DNA from: Erythrobacter sp.
GTDB lineage: Bacteria > Pseudomonadota > Alphaproteobacteria > Sphingomonadales > Sphingomonadaceae
Direction of reading: 5' to 3'
Length of the DNA stretch: 64,000 bases
NCBI GenBank assembly: GCA_046294975.1
Contig: JBKBOH010000007.1
Span: 10,250 to 74,249 of the forward strand
The notes below the pieces were generated by a model. It did no database searches, was not told the origin of the DNA, and was given only the letters and a program-made list of their open reading frames with translations. A program made the translations under genes and the position numbers. The stretch's first letter is position 1. Each line of letters opens with the position of its first letter. Positions 58,381 to 64,000 of the stretch are shown here, piece after piece.

Positions 58381-59805
58381 ATGGCCACCCTCGCTGCCGC
58401 CCCTGCCCACGAATATGTCATCAAGGACATCGCCCTTGCCGAATTCGGCCGCGACGAAATCCGTATCGCCGAAACCGAAATGCCCGGCCTGATGGCGCTG
58501 CGCGAGGAATTCGGTGCGGCCCAGCCGTTGAAAGGCGCGCGCATCACTGGATCGCTGCACATGACGATCCAGACCGCGGTGCTGATCGAAACCCTCGTCG
58601 CCCTGGGTGCCCAGGTGCGCTGGGCGACCTGCAACATCTTCTCGACTCAGGATCACGCCGCTGCCGCGATCGCCGCGCGCGGTATTCCGGTGTTCGCGGT
58701 CAAGGGCGAAACGCTGGCCGATTACTGGGACTATGTCGGGCGCATCTTCGACTGGTCGAGCGAGGCCGATCCCGAGCTTACGGCCAACATGATCCTCGAT
58801 GATGGCGGCGATGCCACCATGTTCGCCCTGTGGGGCGCACGCATCGAAGCAGGTGAGGAACTGCCCGCGCCCGGCAATGCCGAGGAAATCGAATTCCAGC
58901 GCGCCTTGAAGGCTTTCGTCGCCGCCAAGCCCGGCTACCTCACCCGCACGGTCAAGAACATCAAGGGCGTTTCGGAAGAGACCACCACCGGGGTAATGCG
59001 GCTCTATCAGATTGCCAAGCAGGGCAAGCTCCCGTTCCCGGCGATCAACGTGAACGATTCCGTCACCAAGTCGAAGTTCGACAACCTCTATGGCTGCAAG
59101 GAATCGCTGGTCGATGCGATCCGCCGCGCCACTGACGTGATGCTGGCCGGCAAGGTTGCCTGCGTCGCCGGTTACGGCGATGTCGGCAAGGGTTCGGCCG
59201 CCTCGCTGCGCGATGGCGGCGCGCGCGTGATGGTGACCGAGATCGACCCGATCTGCGCGCTGCAGGCAGCGATGGACGGCTTCGAGGTTGTCACCATGGA
59301 AGAGGCCGTCAAGCGCGCTGACATCTTCGTGACCGCGACCGGCAACGAGGACGTGATCACCGCCGAGCACATGATGAACATGAAGCCGATGGCGATCGTG
59401 TGCAACATTGGCCACTTCGACAGCGAGATCCAGATTTCCGCGCTCAGCAATTACGAGTGGAAGCAAATCAAGGAAGGCACCGATCTGGTCACCTTCCCCG
59501 ATGGCAAGTCGATCATCGTGCTGGCCAAGGGCCGTCTGGTGAACCTTGGCTGCGCCACCGGCCACCCGAGCTTCGTGATGAGCGCGAGCTTTACCAACCA
59601 GACCCTGGCCCAGATCGAGCTGTTCACCAAATCCGACGAATATGACAACGATGTCTACGTCCTGCCCAAGCATCTCGATGAAAAGGTCGCGGCGCTGCAT
59701 CTGGAAAAGCTGGGCGTGAAACTGACCCGACTCAGCCCTAAGCAGGCGAAATACATCGGCGTGCCGCAAAACGGCCCGTTCAAGCCCGATCACTACCGCT
59801 ACTGA
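58381..59805 (+). CDS. ahcY: S-adenosylhomocysteine hydrolase
   Basis: [58 protein letters not shown] end. Confidence 0.97.
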   Translation: MATLAAAPAHEYVIKDIALAEFGRDEIRIAETEMPGLMALREEFGAAQPLKGARITGSLHMTIQTAVLIETLVALGAQVRWATCNIFSTQDHAAAAIAARGIPVFAVKGETLADYWDYVGRIFDWSSEADPELTANMILDDGGDATMFALWGARIEAGEELPAPGNAEEIEFQRALKAFVAAKPGYLTRTVKNIKGVSEETTTGVMRLYQIAKQGKLPFPAINVNDSVTKSKFDNLYGCKESLVDAIRRATDVMLAGKVACVAGYGDVGKGSAASLRDGGARVMVTEIDPICALQAAMDGFEVVTMEEAVKRADIFVTATGNEDVITAEHMMNMKPMAIVCNIGHFDSEIQISALSNYEWKQIKEGTDLVTFPDGKSIIVLAKGRLVNLGCATGHPSFVMSASFTNQTLAQIELFTKSDEYDNDVYVLPKHLDEKVAALHLEKLGVKLTRLSPKQAKYIGVPQNGPFKPDHYRY

Positions 59806-59904
59806 AAGCTTTGCCCCTCCGTTCCTGCGCCTTTTTCACGGCATTGGGGGCGAGGGGGTGGAACCCCGTTGCACTGGCGCGGTGAGGCGCATAGCGGGTG
59901 AGTG

Positions 59905-62265
59905 ATGGATACCTCGCCGGTTTTGCTTGTGTTGATTGCCTTGCTGCTTGCCGCATGGGCGGTGGGCGCAGGACTGGTGGTGCTGCGCGCGAGCCGCTCG
60001 ATGAAGCGCGCGCGTGCGCTCAAGTCCAGTCTCAAGCGGGTGTCGGCCTTGCTCGATGTGGCTCCGGCGGTGCCGATGCTGGTGCGGGTTGACGGGCGGA
60101 TCGAAGGGCCGGACAAGCTGGCGCGGCTGCTCGGCCTGCCGGCGATGCCCCAATATCTTAGCGAGCTGGCAAGCGCGGATGCTTCGGGCAAGGGCGGGGG
60201 GCTGACGCAAGAGCAGCTCGATCAGCTCTGGGCCAAGGTGCAGACCACCCAGAAAAGCGCCGCGCCCTTCCGCATGGCGCTCAATCCGCCCGGTTCGCAG
60301 CGCAGCCTCGCGCTCTACGGCACGCTCGCCGATCCGCAGGTTTCGCCCGGCGGGGCGGCGCTGGTGTGGGTGTTCGACTTTACCGAAAGCCATGCCGAAA
60401 TGGCGCGGCTGCGCGCGGTGGCGGCGCGGGCGACGGGGGATTTTGCCGCGCTCGTCGGCCTGATCGAGGCCGCACCGATGCCGATGTGGTTCCGCGGCGC
60501 TGATCTTTCGCTCCAGCTTGTCAACCAGGCCTATGTCGATGCTGTCGGCGCAGCCAGCGCCGCCGAGGTGGTGCAGGGCCAGATCGAGCTGCTCGAACCC
60601 GAAGGCGGTCGCACGCCTGCCGAAATCGCGCGCGACACGCTGCGCCGTCAGGAAAAGTCGGAACGCATCGTTGCGGCCACGCTCCATGGCGAGCGCCGCA
60701 GCTTGCGCGTATCCGATCTGCCGCTTGGGCACGAAGGCGTGGCGGGCTATGCCATCGACATCGAGGAGCAGCAGCAGGTTGCCCGCAATTACCGCGCTTT
60801 CCGCGAGGCCCAGCGCGCGCTGCTCGATCAGCTTTCGGTTGGTGTGGCGCAGTTCGATGCCGAGGAGCGGCTGACCTTTGCCAACCGCCCGTTCCGCCGC
60901 CTGTTCGCTCTGACCGACGAGGCGATCGAGGCGCGCACTCCGTTCGAGCGTTTCCTTGCCGAAGCGCGCGAAGGCGGTCGCACGCCTGAGGTGCGTGACT
61001 TTCCCGAATGGCGGCGTGAACGGGTCGGATGGTTCGGAATGCAGGAAACGCTGGAGGAAGCCTGGCCGCTGCCGGGCGGCACCCACCTGCGGATCATCGC
61101 CCAGCCGCTGCCCGATGGTGGCCTGGTGCTGATCGCCGAGGACCGCACCGAACAGCTGGCGCTGTCGGCCGTGCGCGATACCCTACTGCGGACCCGCACG
61201 GCAACGCTCGACAGCCTGTTCGAGGCGCTGGCCATCTTCGCCCCCGATGGCTCGGTGCAGTTGTGGAACCGCAGCTTCGCGGGCACCTGGGGCCTTGCCC
61301 CGGAACTGCTCGACGCGCATCCCAGCGCCGATGAACTGCTCGGCGCGATCGGGCGCAATCTGGTGCGACCCGAGGAAGCGGCGTTGATTGGCGCGGTGGT
61401 GCGCGCAGCCACGCTCGACCGGCGCGAGAAGGGCGGGCAGGTTGATCTTGCCGACGGGCGGACCCTGCGCTTTGCCGGAGTGCCGCTGCCCGATGGCAAC
61501 GGGCTGTTGACGGTGCTCGACATCACCGCCTCGCAGAAGGCCGAACAGGCCCTGCGCGAACGCGCCGAGGCGCTGGACGAGGCCAATGCGGTCAAGGCCA
61601 GGTTCCTCGCCAACATGAGCTACGAATTCCGCACCCCGCTGACCACCATCGGCGGCTATGCCGAACTGCTCAAGGCGGGTGTCGCCAGCGATCCGCAGGC
61701 GGCGGGCGAATATGTCGATGCGATCCTCGCCGCGGTCGAGCGCCTGAGAGAGCAGGTCGAGAACGTGCTCGATCTGTCGCAGAGCGAGGCGGGGCTGCTG
61801 CCGATCCGCAAGGAACCGCTCGATCTGCTCGAATTCCTCACCAAGCTGGTGCGCGAGCGTGAAGCGGCGATCATTGCAGCGGGTCTCAGCCTCGATCTGA
61901 AAGGGCGGCGCGGGCGGGTGATCGACGGCGATCCACGCCAGCTCGGAAGGGCAATCGGCAATCTCATCGACAATGCGATTGCCGGAACCCCCGATGGCGG
62001 GCGGATCGTGATCGAGATCAGGAAGGCCCCGGAAGGCGGGGACAAATCGGTCGAAATCAGCATTGCCGATAATGGCCGCGGCATGACTGCGCAGGAACTC
62101 GCCCGCGCCCAGGGCGGTTTGCGGACCGGCAGGGACGGCGCGCCCGAACGCCGCACCGGCCTTGGCATCCCGCTCGCCCGGCAACTGATCGAGGCCCATG
62201 ACGGCACGCTGGAAATCGCCAGCCGCAAGGGCGTGGGCACCACTGCGACGATTCGCTTGCCGTGA
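59905..62265 (+). CDS. divL: Multi-PAS atypical histidine kinase DivL
   Basis: N-terminal TM, PAS repeats, H-box FLANMSYEFRTPL with Tyr in place of His; ahcY-divL-tsaE synteny. Confidence 0.85.
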   Translation: MDTSPVLLVLIALLLAAWAVGAGLVVLRASRSMKRARALKSSLKRVSALLDVAPAVPMLVRVDGRIEGPDKLARLLGLPAMPQYLSELASADASGKGGGLTQEQLDQLWAKVQTTQKSAAPFRMALNPPGSQRSLALYGTLADPQVSPGGAALVWVFDFTESHAEMARLRAVAARATGDFAALVGLIEAAPMPMWFRGADLSLQLVNQAYVDAVGAASAAEVVQGQIELLEPEGGRTPAEIARDTLRRQEKSERIVAATLHGERRSLRVSDLPLGHEGVAGYAIDIEEQQQVARNYRAFREAQRALLDQLSVGVAQFDAEERLTFANRPFRRLFALTDEAIEARTPFERFLAEAREGGRTPEVRDFPEWRRERVGWFGMQETLEEAWPLPGGTHLRIIAQPLPDGGLVLIAEDRTEQLALSAVRDTLLRTRTATLDSLFEALAIFAPDGSVQLWNRSFAGTWGLAPELLDAHPSADELLGAIGRNLVRPEEAALIGAVVRAATLDRREKGGQVDLADGRTLRFAGVPLPDGNGLLTVLDITASQKAEQALRERAEALDEANAVKARFLANMSYEFRTPLTTIGGYAELLKAGVASDPQAAGEYVDAILAAVERLREQVENVLDLSQSEAGLLPIRKEPLDLLEFLTKLVREREAAIIAAGLSLDLKGRRGRVIDGDPRQLGRAIGNLIDNAIAGTPDGGRIVIEIRKAPEGGDKSVEISIADNGRGMTAQELARAQGGLRTGRDGAPERRTGLGIPLARQLIEAHDGTLEIASRKGVGTTATIRLP

Positions 62266-62726
62266 GCGCGGCACGCGAGATTCTGCCCGATCTGGCGGCG
62301 ATGGCGGATTATGGCGCACGCATCGCGGCGCGCCTGCGGGCGGGCGATGTGGTTGCGCTTGAAGGCGGGCTGGGGGCGGGCAAGACCACGCTGGCCCGCG
62401 CCATTCTGGCCGCGCTCGGCCATGCGGGCGAGGTGCCTTCGCCAACCTTCACCATCATCGAGACCTATCCCGCACCGCCGCTGCGGCTGGCGGTGGTGCA
62501 CGCCGATTTCTACCGTCTCGAAAATCCCGGGGAACTCGTCGAAATCGGCCTCGACGATTACCGCGAAGGCGCGGTGTTGCTGGCCGAATGGCCCGATCGC
62601 GCGGGGGGCTTCGGCCATGAACCGGGATGCCTTGCAATCACGCTGTTGACCGAGCGCGAAAGCGGGGAAGGCGGACGGATTGCGATTGCCCGCGGCGGGG
62701 CGGATTGGGTAGGGCGGATGCCATGA
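62262..62726 (+). CDS. tsaE: t6A biosynthesis ATPase TsaE
   Basis: G.LGAGKTT, VPSPTF, HADFYRL, EW. Confidence 0.93.
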   Translation: MSAAREILPDLAAMADYGARIAARLRAGDVVALEGGLGAGKTTLARAILAALGHAGEVPSPTFTIIETYPAPPLRLAVVHADFYRLENPGELVEIGLDDYREGAVLLAEWPDRAGGFGHEPGCLAITLLTERESGEGGRIAIARGGADWVGRMP

Positions 62727-63712
62727 TCGCGCTTCCTACAGGTCTTGCTGAATTTGTTGCCCGTGCAGGCTGGGCCGATTGCACTGTCGCGCCGCTGCCC
62801 GGTGATGCCTCGTTCCGGCGTTATTTCCGGCTGGTGAGGGACAGTGGCGAATCGGCGATGCTGATGCACGCGCCGCCGCCGCACGAAGACCCCGTGCCCT
62901 TCCTCCATGTCGCGCGCTGGCTCCATGAAAATGGCCTGCGCGCGCCGGCAATACTCGCTGCCGAGCCGCAGGCGGGCTGGGTGCTGACCGAGGATTTCGG
63001 CAATGATCGCATGCGCGACTGGCTCGACGATAATCCGGGTGATGAACGTGCCGCCTATGAAGCCGCGGTCGAGGCGCTGGTTGCGCTTCACCGCCTGGCG
63101 CCCGGCCCTTTCGCGCCCTACGACATGGCGATCTATGCCCGCGAGGCGGCGCTGCTGACCGAATGGTATTGCCCCGCGCAGGGGCTGGATGTGGACGTGG
63201 CCGGCTATGCGGCGGCGTGGGAGGAAGTGCTGGCGCCGGTTCTCGCTCGGCAGAACCCAGGGGTCACGGTGCTGCGCGACTATCATGCCGAAAACATCAT
63301 GCTGCTGGGCGGACGGCCGCAAGCGCCACAGGGGCTGATCGACTTCCAGGACGCGCTGGTCGGCCATCCGGCCTATGATCTCGTCTCGCTGTTACAGGAT
63401 GCCCGGCGCGACGTTTCCGAAGACCTCGAAACCGCGATGCTGTTCCACTATGCCCATCATGCCGGGGTGAGCGACGAGGAATTTCTTGCCGATTACGCCC
63501 GGCTGGGTGCGCAGCGTAACGCCAAGATCGTCGGCATCTTCACCCGGCTCAATGCGCGCGACGGCAAGCCGAAATATCTCGCGCTGATCCCGCGGGTGTG
63601 GGACGCGCTCGAACGCGATCTGGCGCATCCGGCGCTTGAACCCGTGTCGCGCTGGTTCGATGCCAACATCCCGGATGCCCTGCGCCTTGCGCGCGGAGCC
63701 TTTCCGGCATGA
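62723..63712 (+). CDS. amgK: Anomeric MurNAc/GlcNAc kinase (APH family)
   Basis: GDASFRRYFR, RDYHAEN, IDFQDA, YDLVSLL.DAR; tsaE-amgK-murU synteny. Confidence 0.85.
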   Translation: MIALPTGLAEFVARAGWADCTVAPLPGDASFRRYFRLVRDSGESAMLMHAPPPHEDPVPFLHVARWLHENGLRAPAILAAEPQAGWVLTEDFGNDRMRDWLDDNPGDERAAYEAAVEALVALHRLAPGPFAPYDMAIYAREAALLTEWYCPAQGLDVDVAGYAAAWEEVLAPVLARQNPGVTVLRDYHAENIMLLGGRPQAPQGLIDFQDALVGHPAYDLVSLLQDARRDVSEDLETAMLFHYAHHAGVSDEEFLADYARLGAQRNAKIVGIFTRLNARDGKPKYLALIPRVWDALERDLAHPALEPVSRWFDANIPDALRLARGAFPA

Positions 63713-64000
63713 ACGCGCCGCTCGCCTCTGACACCGCGATGGTGCTCGCTGCGGGGCTGGGCAAGCGGATGCGTCCGCTCACCGCCACCCAGCCCAAGCC
63801 GATGGTCCGGGTTGCGGGCAAGCCACTGATCGACCATGCGCTCGATCGCCTGGCCGATGCGGGCGTGGCCAAGGCGGTGGTTAACGTCCACTATCTTGCT
63901 GATGCGCTGGAGGCCCATGTCCTTGCCCGTCGTGCGCCGCAGGTGACAATCTCCGACGAACGCGCGCTGCTGCTCGAAACCGGGGGCGGGATGGTTCGGG
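63709..64000 (+). CDS. murU: MurNAc-1-P uridylyltransferase, truncated by the window edge
   Basis: AMVLAAGLGKRMRPLT...PKPM, VVNVHYL, LLETGGG. Confidence 0.85.
   Translation, partial: MNAPLASDTAMVLAAGLGKRMRPLTATQPKPMVRVAGKPLIDHALDRLADAGVAKAVVNVHYLADALEAHVLARRAPQVTISDERALLLETGGGMVR

Overview
High-GC alphaproteobacterial chromosome segment; gene content and synteny point to Sphingomonadales (Erythrobacter/Porphyrobacter-like). It is mostly core genome: hemA, murI-plsY-dprA-topA, lepB-rnc-era, pgi, a DEAD-box helicase, gor, a pccB-mce-ech-mcm-bioB-pccA propionyl-CoA operon, aroKB, xerD-accA, two Flp pilins, tRNA-Arg(ACG), folE, cytochrome c'/b, and ahcY-divL-tsaE-amgK-murU. The first 14 kb hold a phosphate-starvation module (TonB receptor, PhoD and betaine-lipid btaAB, with 11-bp-periodic Pho-box-like repeats) and a polyamine cluster (carboxy(nor)spermidine dehydrogenase and decarboxylase, ornithine decarboxylase) with unexpected inserted genes. 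The most interesting signals are: (1) a two-state leader that can sequester the ornithine decarboxylase ribosome-binding site; (2) a small GIY-YIG (Ssn-like) nuclease bracketed by CGTC palindromes, one of which supplies its start codon, inside a cargo-laden pcc operon; (3) an 18-bp alternating purine/pyrimidine, Z-DNA-prone tract at the topA promoter; (4) a lower-GC DUF2971-like gene coupled behind era. Several 1-2 nt indels in simple repeats may be assembly errors. No CRISPR array, IS element or prophage was seen. All calls are from reading the sequence and recalled family motifs; no searches were run.
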